From positions 64,001 to 128,000 of the IMG/VR virus record IMGVR_UViG_3300033066_000802: a stretch of DNA of 64,000 nt; one strand, written 5' to 3'. The notes below the pieces were generated by a model. That model was not told the origin of the DNA, ran no database searches, and saw only the letters and a program-made list of their open reading frames with translations. Of this stretch, positions 19,451-30,900 are shown one piece after another. Source of the DNA: a virus. Lineage: Duplodnaviria; Caudoviricetes. The translations under genes and the position numbers were made by a program. How positions within the stretch are numbered: the stretch's first letter is position 1; each line of letters opens with the position of its first letter.

Positions 19451-21310
19451 TTACTTTATCTCACATCCACCACTCGAACAAGCTAACTCACCACTCAAAT
19501 CTGTATTATCATCGTGTTCAATTATTTGACTTAAATCAATAGATGTTAAATGCTTTAATAAATTTTCATATTCTTCTTTTGTACAATCAGTAAAGGGAGC
19601 CTGTATATAAGAACCACCGTCATATGGTAATACGGATAAACCATTATAAAACTCTTTATTATTCCACATCCATTCACCAACATTTTCCCAATCACCATCC
19701 TTAATTGATATTGTAGCCGACACATTATGTGTGTTTTCACCCTTTCTATGACCACCTTTAATCCAATCTTTAGATATTTTCTTAACACGCTCCAATAAAT
19801 CGATGGATGACTCAGTTCTGAGTATGGAATTAGTTGGCGCTTTTTGTGGTACGCTGATTACAGCTGTATCATGTGGTCTAAAATATTCATCTTCAATCAA
19901 TTCTGGATGATATATTGATAAATATGTATATATAGCCTCATTTTTACCTACACGAAGTCTACGAACATAATAATCATTAAACCACGCATGGACACCTGAA
20001 GAAGTACCCAAAACTAAAGAACTTGTACCTGATGGTTTAACAGTTGTAGTTCTTGCAGCAACGTTAATACCTATTATACCAGCTACACGCTCATTTTCTT
20101 TTTTGACAATATTAGCCGCTTCCTTCATGTTGTAATTCAACACAACACCAGAACCTATACCTGTCATTCCAACCCCAATTAGAGCCTCCTTTTCGGTTGT
20201 TCTCTTCCATACTTCACGTATGTAGTGGAAGTTGGTATATCCAGCCTGTAAGGTACCTATAAATGCCGCAACCTTAACCCTCTCATTATAATCTTCTTGC
20301 GATTCAATATTTGAAACATTAACCTCACAAAGATTACAAAATTGATACGGTCTTAAAGCAATTTCGCAACATGGGTTTGTACCCCAATCTTTATCATTTG
20401 TAAAATAAATACCTGGTTCACCAGAACCTGAAAGTTCAATTCTCTTCCATAGATCATCAAAGAATTCTTTGGTAATTTTATGCCTCAATAATACAGCTGA
20501 ATTATTCGACCTACCCCTTTGAGGGTTTGTTTCCCACCAGCTACCTGACTTACATGAAATCATTTCATCATCATCAGCCGAAAATAAAGATATTAATGCC
20601 GCTCTACGAATACCACCAGCAAGTACCGCATCAGCTATATAACAAACAATATCGTGAACTTCGATTGTGGATAATTTATCACCATCCTCTTTATTGTTCA
20701 ATATTTTCTGAACATTATGTATACAATCCTTTAATGGTTGAGGGCCTGGAGCTTTACCACCAGATGTTATTAATCTTGCACCTTTAGGTCTGATATCAGA
20801 ATAATCAAAATCAGGTGTAGATGATATTTCGCCAGTATATGACTTAATTAATATTTTAATTGCGTCAGCCCACCCCTCAATTGTGTCAGATATTAAAAAT
20901 CTTCTCTTCCTATCTGGTTTTGGTTTCCTTATTTCAGGTAATTTCTCAACGTGGTGTTTTTGAACAGAATATCCAACGCCCGTACCACCTAATAAGAGGA
21001 ACATAACCTCTGGAAAACATTCAATATGATCAATAGGTAAATAACAACAGTTATATATTCTATTTGGTGATATTTCAATCGGTTTCCCTCCGAATTGAAG
21101 TGACCTCATTGAAGGTAAAACCTTCCTATCATATACATATTGATAATTTTTTATTATTTCTTCCCGTAATTGTGGATATTGCTTGATATGCATATCCATA
21201 TTCCTTGTTACCAAATCATGCCAACTCTCTCGTTTTTCCTTTTCTGGTAAAAATTTAGCGTACTTCATGTACACTGTAATGTCACTTAAAATTTTTTGTG
21301 ATAAATCCAT
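19451..21310 (-). CDS. nrdJ: Class II (adenosylcobalamin-dependent) ribonucleotide reductase, RTPR-type
   Basis: VLPSMRSL, YNCC, GGTGVGYS, SGGKAPGP, GTNPCCEI (thiyl-radical Cys), TTVKPSGT, C-terminal redox pair CSSGGC; no beta subunit gene nearby. Confidence 0.92.
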   Translation of the reverse strand: MDLSQKILSDITVYMKYAKFLPEKEKRESWHDLVTRNMDMHIKQYPQLREEIIKNYQYVYDRKVLPSMRSLQFGGKPIEISPNRIYNCCYLPIDHIECFPEVMFLLLGGTGVGYSVQKHHVEKLPEIRKPKPDRKRRFLISDTIEGWADAIKILIKSYTGEISSTPDFDYSDIRPKGARLITSGGKAPGPQPLKDCIHNVQKILNNKEDGDKLSTIEVHDIVCYIADAVLAGGIRRAALISLFSADDDEMISCKSGSWWETNPQRGRSNNSAVLLRHKITKEFFDDLWKRIELSGSGEPGIYFTNDKDWGTNPCCEIALRPYQFCNLCEVNVSNIESQEDYNERVKVAAFIGTLQAGYTNFHYIREVWKRTTEKEALIGVGMTGIGSGVVLNYNMKEAANIVKKENERVAGIIGINVAARTTTVKPSGTSSLVLGTSSGVHAWFNDYYVRRLRVGKNEAIYTYLSIYHPELIEDEYFRPHDTAVISVPQKAPTNSILRTESSIDLLERVKKISKDWIKGGHRKGENTHNVSATISIKDGDWENVGEWMWNNKEFYNGLSVLPYDGGSYIQAPFTDCTKEEYENLLKHLTSIDLSQIIEHDDNTDLSGELACSSGGCEIK

Positions 21311-21370
21311 AAAATAGTTTCGTTTTAAAGATAAATATACCTAACTTAAACAAGTTTTATATTTATTTTT

Positions 21371-22774
21371 TTATGCTACGTTTGTTCCTTCTCTTTGATT
21401 CCTAATGTCCTTTAATTTTTCAGCCAATAATCGATCTCTATTATTCTTATCCTGTTCCTCAAAACCTTGTATGGATATGATATCCTCAGTATCAATTAAC
21501 ATTTTACCATTATCAAATAAGCAATTTTGGAAAATCATACCGTCATCACCCATACGATTTTTTAATATGGTTATAGTTGCCCTTTTACTCTCTTTTTGTT
21601 CGAGAGTCTTTCCCACACTCACAATAAGGTGTGCTATTTGTGCTTTTTTAAGATTTCCACCCATATTTTCAGTTTTAACAACCTCAACAGCGGTTGATGA
21701 TCTATTACCTTGGGTAGCCACCCATCCAGCAACATTCATATCTGAAATCATAGTTTCGCACTGACGCATGATTTTACCTTCATTTGACCATTCTTCACTA
21801 CCAGAAAATTCTTTTTCAGCTGATAAACAATCAAGATAATCAATAATAACAAGATCAATTTTATCACCTTTTGAGTTAATCCTCTTAATTAAATTTTTAA
21901 TAACATTTACAGTGCAACCATCCGCAGATAATTTCATTATAAATAACTTACCAATACTCTCACTTGATGTTGCTATTTTAACTTTCTTTTTTACTTCATC
22001 TTTCCTTAATGATAATTCATTTAGTGGTATCTCAGTTAGTGAACAATAATGTTTACGTTGTACATCTCTCTTATTATCTTCAAAGAATATTTGTAATACG
22101 TTACGACCAGATTGGTATGCTGTACTTGCAATTTTTGTTAACATTGTTGTTTTACCAACCCCAAGAGGCGCTATTATTAACGCAAGTTCACCCTTAGCTA
22201 ACCCACCATTGGTTATCTTATCAATACCCTTAATACCTGTCGGTATTGGCTCTCTATAATCATCCGATAACGCATCATCAATCTCATATTCAAGATCAAT
22301 TGGTTCATCGATTTGTCTGAAATTCAAAGCCTTTTTTAAGGTTTCCTCAATCATATCAACGTCTTGAAGAATACCCTTATCCAATTTAGTTTTAATTTGA
22401 TTAACAGCTGTTTTTAATGATTGCATTTTACAAAACCTCATCGCAGTTTCCTGTACATTTAGGTTATTGATTTTACATTTTTCGATATTATCGATTGTAT
22501 CCAATAACTGTTGTTTAAATGTTTCAGTACCAGGTGAGGTTATATTCATATTAACCTCAGTCCTTAATGCTGGGAAATTTAATAAGCATTGATGCTGTGT
22601 ATGGTATTCCTTTATTAGGTGTGCTATCTTTGCAAAAGCCTCGTTAGCAAAATATTGTTTATCAATAATATCTATAATTGTCAAACCAAATTTATGATCG
22701 GTAACGATTTCATTAAAAAGTTGTAATTGATAGTCAACCCCTAAATCACTTATTTTCGTTATCTTTTCAATCAT
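21371..22774 (-). CDS. Replicative DNA helicase (DnaB / T4 gp41-like)
   Basis: IPTGIKGID, Walker A APLGVGKT, VIIDYLD, WVATQGNR, KNRMG motifs. Confidence 0.92.
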   Translation of the reverse strand: MIEKITKISDLGVDYQLQLFNEIVTDHKFGLTIIDIIDKQYFANEAFAKIAHLIKEYHTQHQCLLNFPALRTEVNMNITSPGTETFKQQLLDTIDNIEKCKINNLNVQETAMRFCKMQSLKTAVNQIKTKLDKGILQDVDMIEETLKKALNFRQIDEPIDLEYEIDDALSDDYREPIPTGIKGIDKITNGGLAKGELALIIAPLGVGKTTMLTKIASTAYQSGRNVLQIFFEDNKRDVQRKHYCSLTEIPLNELSLRKDEVKKKVKIATSSESIGKLFIMKLSADGCTVNVIKNLIKRINSKGDKIDLVIIDYLDCLSAEKEFSGSEEWSNEGKIMRQCETMISDMNVAGWVATQGNRSSTAVEVVKTENMGGNLKKAQIAHLIVSVGKTLEQKESKRATITILKNRMGDDGMIFQNCLFDNGKMLIDTEDIISIQGFEEQDKNNRDRLLAEKLKDIRNQREGTNVA

Positions 22775-23226
22775 ACTGTTTGGTCTAATCTGTAATTTAA
22801 ATATTCGAAATCAAGCGAATCAGTCTTAGAACATAAGACTTTTTGAGTGCTTGTAATAATTTTGTAAATAAACTCCCTTATATCCACACTATACCTAACG
22901 GATGTTGGGTAAATATTACCAGGGAATTCCCTATGAGCTATTTCACGACCATTCATTTTTATTGTGAACACAAACACATCATTATTGTTATTCTGATCGA
23001 ATGATGGATTATCTTCAAATTTATCGGCATTAGCCGCCATAAAATCAAGAGTCTTATTCTTAAGTGCCTCAGTAATTAAATGTAAATTCTCATCAACAGT
23101 ATATTTGAAATTAATACTGTTAACAGCTTTCGGGTTGAAACCAAAAACATTGAATAATCTCTGAACAATTATATGTTCATTTAATCTTAATGTGAACTCG
23201 AAGTTCTTATCTCTTTTGTCTTCCAT
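22771..23226 (-). CDS. Hypothetical protein in the replication cluster
   Basis: 151-aa ORF with 4-bp ATGA overlap with the helicase gene. Confidence 0.6.
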   Translation of the reverse strand: MEDKRDKNFEFTLRLNEHIIVQRLFNVFGFNPKAVNSINFKYTVDENLHLITEALKNKTLDFMAANADKFEDNPSFDQNNNNDVFVFTIKMNGREIAHREFPGNIYPTSVRYSVDIREFIYKIITSTQKVLCSKTDSLDFEYLNYRLDQTV

Positions 23227-23236
23227 AATATATGTA

Positions 23237-24271
23237 TTATTTTTTAGTTTTAAAATAGTTTTGTTCTTTTTTTATAATAGTAATAAAAGTTGACCAAAAA
23301 ACAAAATATTGATCATCGTAACTTGGTATATAATTTATTAAACTATCTTCTTTGATCATTTTCATAACTTTATCTATACCGCCCCTACCAGTTGGGTCAA
23401 GAGCCTCATTAACCATAAGATTAATAGTTTCCTTTAGGTCGTCTGTTACATTTGGGTTTTCAAGGCTAATTATTTTCTCCATAACAGCAAAATAATCGGT
23501 ACCATATACACCCCACTTTGTCTTACCTTCAAGTATAGTTTCAAGTGCTTTAGTTTTCGGTTTTTCAGCTAATAATTCAGATGCTCTTTGTAAGACCCAA
23601 TTACTATCTTTAACATCATCCCTTAATTCTGGGAATATTTTTAACACCGTTTCCTCACCAATACTTTGTAATCCAGATATATTATCAGCACTATCCCCAG
23701 CAATCATCTTTATTAATCCAACATTACCCCTATGATAATTGAAGAAACTTTTAAAGTTTTTATCCGTAATTATTACCTTCTTATCTAAGAGATATTGTTT
23801 AGTATCCTCACCTATTAACTGTAATAAGTCACGATCTGCGCTGAGTATTATTTTACTCTCATTAGGTGAATTCCTTACATAGTAAGCTATACCATCATCG
23901 GCTTCACAACCTGGTACCTCGACTTGTCGTATATACAATTCTTCCAGATATTGTTTTATTCTCATTCTCTGACGACCCAGATCGTATAGTTCATCTTCTG
24001 TATATTTTCCGTTTCTATTTTTCTTATAATAAGGGTAATAACCCTCACGATATTTCGTAGAATCTTCACCTTCCCAAAACACAACAACTTTAGTTATCCC
24101 GTATTCTGAATAAAAACGTTTTATTGTGTTAATAAAATGGTAAATGGTACCAACCCTACCGTTTTCAGTTTGTGTATTTTTGGTACCATGAAAACCAATT
24201 TTAAGTAGGTTTTCCCCATCTATTAATAAGCTATTGAGCTTAACTATTTTTGCTGGTGGTTTAATTATCAT
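23237..24271 (-). CDS. 5'-3' exonuclease / flap endonuclease (T4 RNase H-like)
   Basis: LLIDGENL, YKKNR, EADDGIA, LSADRDLLQL, GDSADNISGLQSIGEET (H3TH) motifs. Confidence 0.92.
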   Translation of the reverse strand: MIIKPPAKIVKLNSLLIDGENLLKIGFHGTKNTQTENGRVGTIYHFINTIKRFYSEYGITKVVVFWEGEDSTKYREGYYPYYKKNRNGKYTEDELYDLGRQRMRIKQYLEELYIRQVEVPGCEADDGIAYYVRNSPNESKIILSADRDLLQLIGEDTKQYLLDKKVIITDKNFKSFFNYHRGNVGLIKMIAGDSADNISGLQSIGEETVLKIFPELRDDVKDSNWVLQRASELLAEKPKTKALETILEGKTKWGVYGTDYFAVMEKIISLENPNVTDDLKETINLMVNEALDPTGRGGIDKVMKMIKEDSLINYIPSYDDQYFVFWSTFITIIKKEQNYFKTKK

Positions 24272-25409
24272 CGTAATCTATGGCTTCGATAACACCATCA
24301 TTTCCCTGTTCAACAATATCAAGTTCCTCACCATCATCAGTCATTTGCATCCTACCAAGAATATAATCCATATGTTCTTTCTTATATTTTTCGATAGCCT
24401 CATTCCCTTCTTTATTTGCTGAACCACTTCTTCTATCCGTTGGTAAAAAACCGTGTGATGTAATAATTATATTAGAATCCTTATAACCCAACCCATTAAT
24501 GTGGTTTTTATCAACTGTGATTTTAGATCTAACAGCTATATCAATAACTCTACCATTCTTTGAGGCTTGTACCTTTGAGATACCTGATTCAGCTTCATTA
24601 CCAAAACGGAACACTAAAGTTGAGCATTGATAAAAAGCTTCACCGCCTTTAGGTTTAATCTTTGGTTGACCCATAGGGGTAGTTGGTCTTTGAACCCAAG
24701 GTAAATTACACACTACCAATCCAGCCCAATATTTAATTTCATTTCTCCTTGTTTTATTAATTCTCTGGTTAATACCCATGTTAATTTTCTCAGCAAGAAC
24801 ACCAGCTGTATGCTGTTTACCACCCTTACCTTCAAATGTCATCTTACATGGTACGGAACCCACAGAATCCCAGAAGAAACAAATATCTCTTGGTAGCAAG
24901 CCCTTTTCTTGATCGTCCAGTATCTTATTTATGAAGTCTGTTATTTGTTCAACATAATCAAATTTAGCTTCAAACATAAAATCACCATCCCAATTACCAT
25001 CCTCATCTTGCTCACATTCAAAACCCATAAGTTTAGCGTGTTCAAATGACCATTTTTGTTCAGTTACAATGAATATTGGTAATATACCCTTTTTCTGTGC
25101 GTCAACAGCCGCAGCAATAAGTGCGGTTGTCTTACCAGCATTAGAGTGTCCAAGTAACATATTGATGTGACCCATCGCAGGACCTGGTAACCCAGACGCT
25201 TCTAAAAACGCCTCACCACAATCAAGAAATACGTCTTTTTTGAAGTTTACAGGTGTACTGTTTTTTTTCTTATAATCGCTTAAAGAAAATTCCTTTTTCT
25301 TAATACCTTTCTTTTCTACGGTACTTTCATCTGGTTTATTTTCCTCTTCCTTTTTTTTCTTAGAACCCTTTTTATTAAGTTCTTCGTTTTCAGACATGAT
25401 ATTACTCAT
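24261..25409 (-). CDS. uvsX: RecA/UvsX-like recombinase
   Basis: Walker A GHSNAGKT, FFWDSVGS (Walker B), PKGGEA, VDKNHI motifs. Confidence 0.88.
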   Translation of the reverse strand: MSNIMSENEELNKKGSKKKKEEENKPDESTVEKKGIKKKEFSLSDYKKKNSTPVNFKKDVFLDCGEAFLEASGLPGPAMGHINMLLGHSNAGKTTALIAAAVDAQKKGILPIFIVTEQKWSFEHAKLMGFECEQDEDGNWDGDFMFEAKFDYVEQITDFINKILDDQEKGLLPRDICFFWDSVGSVPCKMTFEGKGGKQHTAGVLAEKINMGINQRINKTRRNEIKYWAGLVVCNLPWVQRPTTPMGQPKIKPKGGEAFYQCSTLVFRFGNEAESGISKVQASKNGRVIDIAVRSKITVDKNHINGLGYKDSNIIITSHGFLPTDRRSGSANKEGNEAIEKYKKEHMDYILGRMQMTDDGEELDIVEQGNDGVIEAIDYDDN

Positions 25410-25437
25410 AATAAATATTTTATATTTAAGTTAGTTT

Positions 25438-25463
25438 AAAAAGCCCCCTGGGTAGGGGGCTTT
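25438..25463 (-). terminator. Rho-independent terminator after ssb
   Basis: Perfect 10-bp stem aaagccccct-gggt-agggggcttt with T run on the minus strand. Confidence 0.8.
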
Positions 25464-25478
25464 ATATTATTTTTTTAA

Positions 25479-26399
25479 TTAAAATGGAAGATCATCCATA
25501 TTCATAACTTCAGCCTCTTCGAGATCAGCGTCAGCAACATGTTGTGTTGGAATATCAGATGGTGTTGAGTGTTGAGCAGGTGTACCAGAATTTACACTTT
25601 CATCATCAGATTGATGAACAAACTTCTTAAGTTCTGAACTCCATACAGGAGTACCATTTTCAGCAACAATTCTTAAGTATTCTACGGACTTCTTAGAATA
25701 AACGTCTTTCCAAGTCTTTGGGTCATTTAACCAAGTATCCATTTGTGCTTCATCATTAGATAATGGTGATGGATCTTCAACCTGAATGGAAGCAACTTTT
25801 GTGTATTCTTTATTCTTACCTTTAGACTTATCTTTCACAAGTGAAATAACAATATCCCTACCAGCGATTGGGTTCCATATAGCGCCAGCGCCACGTCCCT
25901 TAGTTTCGAGTCTTTTTATGATTGGTAATAATTTATCCATTATACCAGTTCCGTTTGTAACGTGATTAAACCTCCAGAATTTCACCCCTTCAGCTTCCTT
26001 ACCTCTTTGTACACCTCTTACAATGTAATAATCGCCAGATCTATATTTTTTTGCATTATCCTGGTCAACTTTATCACCATTTCTTAAAATCTGATAAGCA
26101 TCATTAAGTGGTGATTCCTCACCATCCTGTGCTGGATCATATAATTTTACGAAATTTTTACCTACTTTTAAGTTGTGGAACTTCTTAACAATGGCGAACT
26201 TCATAGGGTCTTCCTGACTTGGTAATATACGGAATATTACCTCTCCTTCGTTCACACCGTCAGGTAAATTAAGTGATAAATACTGCGTTAAATCGACAGT
26301 TTTCTTTGGTGTGTAATTTTTACTTTCCTTTGCTTTTGCGTAATCTGTTGAAACGTCTTCTGCGGCTTTGCCCCAATCTAAATTTTTGTAGTCTAACAT
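25479..26399 (-). CDS. Single-stranded DNA-binding protein (T4 gp32-like)
   Basis: FRILP, GVKFWRF, GRDIVI pattern and acidic tail ending DDLPF; next to recA. Confidence 0.85.
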   Translation of the reverse strand: MLDYKNLDWGKAAEDVSTDYAKAKESKNYTPKKTVDLTQYLSLNLPDGVNEGEVIFRILPSQEDPMKFAIVKKFHNLKVGKNFVKLYDPAQDGEESPLNDAYQILRNGDKVDQDNAKKYRSGDYYIVRGVQRGKEAEGVKFWRFNHVTNGTGIMDKLLPIIKRLETKGRGAGAIWNPIAGRDIVISLVKDKSKGKNKEYTKVASIQVEDPSPLSNDEAQMDTWLNDPKTWKDVYSKKSVEYLRIVAENGTPVWSSELKKFVHQSDDESVNSGTPAQHSTPSDIPTQHVADADLEEAEVMNMDDLPF

Positions 26400-26419
26400 A
26401 TTGTTATAATTTTATACTA

Positions 26420-26450
26420 CAATAGTAAACAACAATTACCTTAAAGTCAA
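26420..26450 (-). promoter_or_regulatory. Host-RNAP (early/middle) promoter for the ssb-recA operon
   Basis: TTGACT-N17-TACTATTG; fits both sigma70 -35/-10 and Bacteroidota TTG-N20-TAnnTTTG (1 mismatch); same architecture at 54749. Confidence 0.65.
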
Positions 26451-26470
26451 GTTTTTTAAGAAAAATATTT

Positions 26471-26839
26471 TTAAAACATTGTTTTATTTATAGCATGTCC
26501 GAAAACAATTATACCAGGATTTTTTGTTAAAGTGGAAGCTCCAGCAGCACTTAGATATGTTGAACCTGTTGTTAATAATTTATATGAATTAACTGTTATT
26601 GATTGTATTGGCATTGAAACTATATTACCAGGTGGTATATCAAAAGTTATACCATTTACCGTAATGTTTATTGAATCTTCGCTATTACCCGAACCCATAA
26701 AACTATGTAATACTATAGTATAATTAGGGTTTTGAGTCGAACCACTTGCATGAGTATCAAAAAAACTATTATTTGTATCTGTATCACCATTGGTTAATGT
26801 TTGACCAGCGGTAAGTAATTGCATGAAATTCTCTCTCAT
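26471..26839 (-). CDS. Hypothetical protein, possibly virion beta-strand protein
   Basis: 122-aa T/S/G-rich ORF co-oriented with neighbours. Confidence 0.55.
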   Translation of the reverse strand: MRENFMQLLTAGQTLTNGDTDTNNSFFDTHASGSTQNPNYTIVLHSFMGSGNSEDSINITVNGITFDIPPGNIVSMPIQSITVNSYKLLTTGSTYLSAAGASTLTKNPGIIVFGHAINKTMF

Positions 26840-26845
26840 TATATA

Positions 26846-27649
26846 TTAAAAGTTTATACCTTCTCTTTTATCTTTATCGTCATCAATATTGAAACTTTTT
26901 TTAATTTCATTTGGGTCATAATTCGACATTAGATTATCCATCATTGATAACTTATTAGGTTTCTTTTCCATTGCTGTTTGATTCTTATAACCAACACCTT
27001 CTAAATAATCACTATCAGTTACACTGTAAGGGTATGATTTATCGGCTAAAGCCCTTCTTCTTTCAGCTTCGGTTGGTGGACGCATTAACTCAATTTGTTT
27101 TTCAATTTGACCCATCTGGTTTATAATTGAATCCATTTTCATTAATTTAGTATCAACATCACCCAATCTATCATAAACCATTTGAAGCCTATTTAAAGCC
27201 CTTTCTGTCTGTTTTAATACGTTTTGTGTATCTTGTACCAAAGAAGTTACATCGATCTCCACATCACCACCAGGATTACCACCCATTGCATTAGGATCAC
27301 CTATCTGGTCTACAGGTGCCGCATCAGTACCCATTGCTGGGTCAACTGGAGCAGCCGCTGCATTAGGATCAGCTGGTTGAGCCTGGTCTTGCGCACCAAT
27401 AACTTCACCTGGCTGTGCTGTTGCTATTTGATTAGCAACATCGTCAGTACCACCCATTGCTGGATCTGTTGTTACATCACCTGGTTGATTTTGTGGCGGC
27501 ATACCAGAATCATCAACTGGAGCCTCATCCTCAGCCTCATTATAAAAGCTATAAACCGTTTCATTAATAGTATTATCATTATATGACATAATACTTCTAT
27601 ATCGGTTTATTTCATTCTCCAATAAAGTATTCGACCTTTTATTGCTCAT
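26846..27649 (-). CDS. Acidic, low-complexity, coiled-coil protein; candidate head-internal/scaffold-like
   Basis: N-terminal LLENEINRYRSIMSY, D/P/A-rich linker, heptad region. Confidence 0.55.
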   Translation of the reverse strand: MSNKRSNTLLENEINRYRSIMSYNDNTINETVYSFYNEAEDEAPVDDSGMPPQNQPGDVTTDPAMGGTDDVANQIATAQPGEVIGAQDQAQPADPNAAAAPVDPAMGTDAAPVDQIGDPNAMGGNPGGDVEIDVTSLVQDTQNVLKQTERALNRLQMVYDRLGDVDTKLMKMDSIINQMGQIEKQIELMRPPTEAERRRALADKSYPYSVTDSDYLEGVGYKNQTAMEKKPNKLSMMDNLMSNYDPNEIKKSFNIDDDKDKREGINF

Positions 27650-27690
27650 ATGTTATAAAATTTAAATATATGTTAAACATATATATTTAA

Positions 27691-27897
27691 TTATCTTAAG
27701 TAGTTTCTCGTGCTATTACTTACAGGTAATTCTTCCCTTAAAAGTTCACGACCATCTTCAACCACTAATTTCTTCTCAATCATCGTCTTTTCAATCAAAC
27801 CATCCTTTGTTTTGATGAAACATTTACCAGTGTTTGGGTCACAAACTTCCTGACCTATACCGATAAAGTTATTTAAATTTGCGTTTAAATCGTTCAT
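27691..27897 (-). CDS. Small hypothetical protein
   Basis: 68 aa with CDPNTGKC and EDGRELLRE; preceded by the TATTTAT motif (27915-27921). Confidence 0.6.
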   Translation of the reverse strand: MNDLNANLNNFIGIGQEVCDPNTGKCFIKTKDGLIEKTMIEKKLVVEDGRELLREELPVSNSTRNYLR

Positions 27898-27939
27898 AAT
27901 ATGTATTATTTAATATAAATAGTTTTATTTTTTGTAAAG

Positions 27940-30900
27940 TTAAGCTAAAGTATTCACATAATTCTTAAAAGCTGTAACATCTATAACCTTCCTCCCATTA
28001 ATTAATCTTTTACTATTTTTAGCGATAACCTCATTATTTTCAGCTATCTTGAATGCACTCTTACTATCATTTATCGGTGCTGTCAACGAACCTAAAATAT
28101 AATCATCTGGTTTACCAATTAATACTGGATAAAACACAGCGGAATATATATCATATATGGTTTTTCGTTCATTATTTTTTAAAGTCGATTTCAAATATTT
28201 CTCTACATATTCTAATTGTTTGATTGGTGTCATCTCATATAAATCCTTTGTTGTTGTACCTAATTTTATTGCAGTACTTTCTAAAAACTGTATATAACCT
28301 GTGGCGGTACTTGCTCGATTTGTTGTATATGGTATATCTTTACCACCATCACCATATTGCGCTTTAGACCTAATACCACTTTCTGCATATATAACACGAA
28401 CAAGATCTAATTCATCAACGCCAAGATTAGTAGATATTTGTTTCATTTTATCACCAAAACCAATATTCGTTTCTTTAACAATATTATATCTATCCAAAAC
28501 CCTTTGTTTAATTGGTGTTTTAGTTGTTATTAATTCTGTTGGCGTATAACCACCTAATAAAGACTCATTTGATTGTATATCAATACCATAATCATCTGGA
28601 GTTACGCTGGAATCATTAACATAACCAAAGAAAGATATACCCAAAATTTTGTCAAAACAACCCAAGTATATATTATTAATATTCTTACTATTAACATTCA
28701 ACCCTGGCACAGCAAATGTATTTAAATATTGATACTCTTTAATATTATTATAATTATTAACATTTACGTTGTATATATTATCCTCAGCTTTAGGGTCTGT
28801 TGCTATATATTTCATATATATGATATCATAAGCCCTCCAGAAATTTGAAAAATCACTTGTTTGTGTGTCAGTAAAATTAATTTTTGGTGCCGTATTTGTC
28901 TTTGTATTAAATACACCGTCACCACCTGTATTATATTTACCATTTATATCCGTAATAATTAATTTTTGAGTAACCAACGAAGTTGGTTTTAAAACATTAA
29001 TAACATCATCAATCGATTTCGCCTCTGTTAAAGCTGTTAATGTTTTCCATATTGGTTTTTCTGGGTTAACTGGATATTCATTATATAATTCACTTAAAGA
29101 GTGTTCTTTATTCGTGTCAAAATATAGTTCATTTTCAAATGATAATGAATTAGCTCTCAAATTCAATGCCATATCAACCATATACGTTATAATAATATTT
29201 GGCTTAACAGGTTTATTTCCGTATTCCAAATAAGCGAAGCGCTTTGCACGATTATATAAAACCATTAACACCATTTTATAAATCTCAGTATTAGCTGGAA
29301 AATACTTACTTAAGAATGAATATAGTATTTGATTACCCTGAAATTCACCCATAGTATATGATTTTTGACTCATTTGATAAAATGTACCATAAGGGTTACT
29401 TACAGTGTTTCTTCTATTTTGTTTAATAGTTCCAACAGTATAATCATTATCAGTATCCGATGCCTTGGTTGTTGTTATTTTTGCTATAGTATCAGCTATC
29501 TGCCTAATAATATCAGATTTATTAGTTGTTTTATTAGCTATTGGTTGTCTGGTACCTTTAAATGTGGTTACCATATTATTTGGTGTAACATTATGTTCAA
29601 CATTAGTTATCCAATAACTACCATCAAATAATGGAACATCTTTCAAATAGAAATATGTTAATGGTTGTATCATAGCGTTACCCATTGATTGTACTTGGCA
29701 AGTATATGATCTGGTTTCCATTAATGAATATAAATTACCCGAAGCCACAGTCTGTATACCCTTCGCATCTTTATTAACGAGATTAATAAAAGCATTAATT
29801 GATTCCTCTGTATTAGCGAATTGACTCGTATCCAATTTAACATTACTAAACATGCTTTGATTTTTGTTACCAAAATCCACAACAAATGAAGTTACATTAC
29901 CATTTTTAACATCACTTGGAATTGTGTGTACTTCAGTCAAACCAAAAGGTTGTCTGGTTGTATCAATATCTAACGGGAATGAGTTCATTAAACTAAGATT
30001 TGATGAACCATTCAGCTTTTTTTCAAAAGATGATGTGTGATTTATCCACTGTAAAATAAATGATGGGTTTGAGTCAACTCTTTCAGTATTAGAATGCACA
30101 CCAAATAAATTATCAGCGTATTTATCTATATTATTATTAACGTCAGAAAAAGGTGATAAATAGTCAACATAACTGTTCATCGGATGTAATAAAAAGTCAT
30201 TCTTAGTAGCTATATCACTAAATAAACTATATACCGACTTATTAGTAATTTCACTATTAACAACATTGTTATTATGATTATCAATACTATTAAATTTAAG
30301 TTCCAAACTATCACCTAAACTAAGCACATCAATTAATATATCACCACCGATATCTCTATTACCTCTATCAACAATGTTAACATATTCTATCAAATGTTTA
30401 GGCATTTTACTATCAAAAATACTCGTAACGGAATCACCAACGTTTTGAGGGTCATTTATATCACCATCTTTAAATAAAAAGTTATAAAATAACGACCCAT
30501 TATTGACGTCCAATTCTGAATTAACATTTACATCAATATAATCCTGTGGATATGTATGAATTGTTTTAGGTTGATATGATATATATTTATCATATAAGTT
30601 TTTTATATTATAATATGTTTTACCTTTTAATTCATCAACAGAATCCTTTATATGTAATTTACTTATAAGTGAATTAGGATCTTTAGGATCAAGTTTTGTT
30701 AAACCCTCTAATCTAACTTTTATAGCGTCAAGGTGGTTATTAACACCCATTATATTTTGATCGTAAAAATCCCCAACAAATTTCACTAAATATTCAGATA
30801 TTTGTTTATCCAACTCTTTATTTGATAACACATTAAGATTAAATAAATATTTAATAACAGCACCTAATTGATCGTTGTTTTGTATCTCAAAATCAATAGC

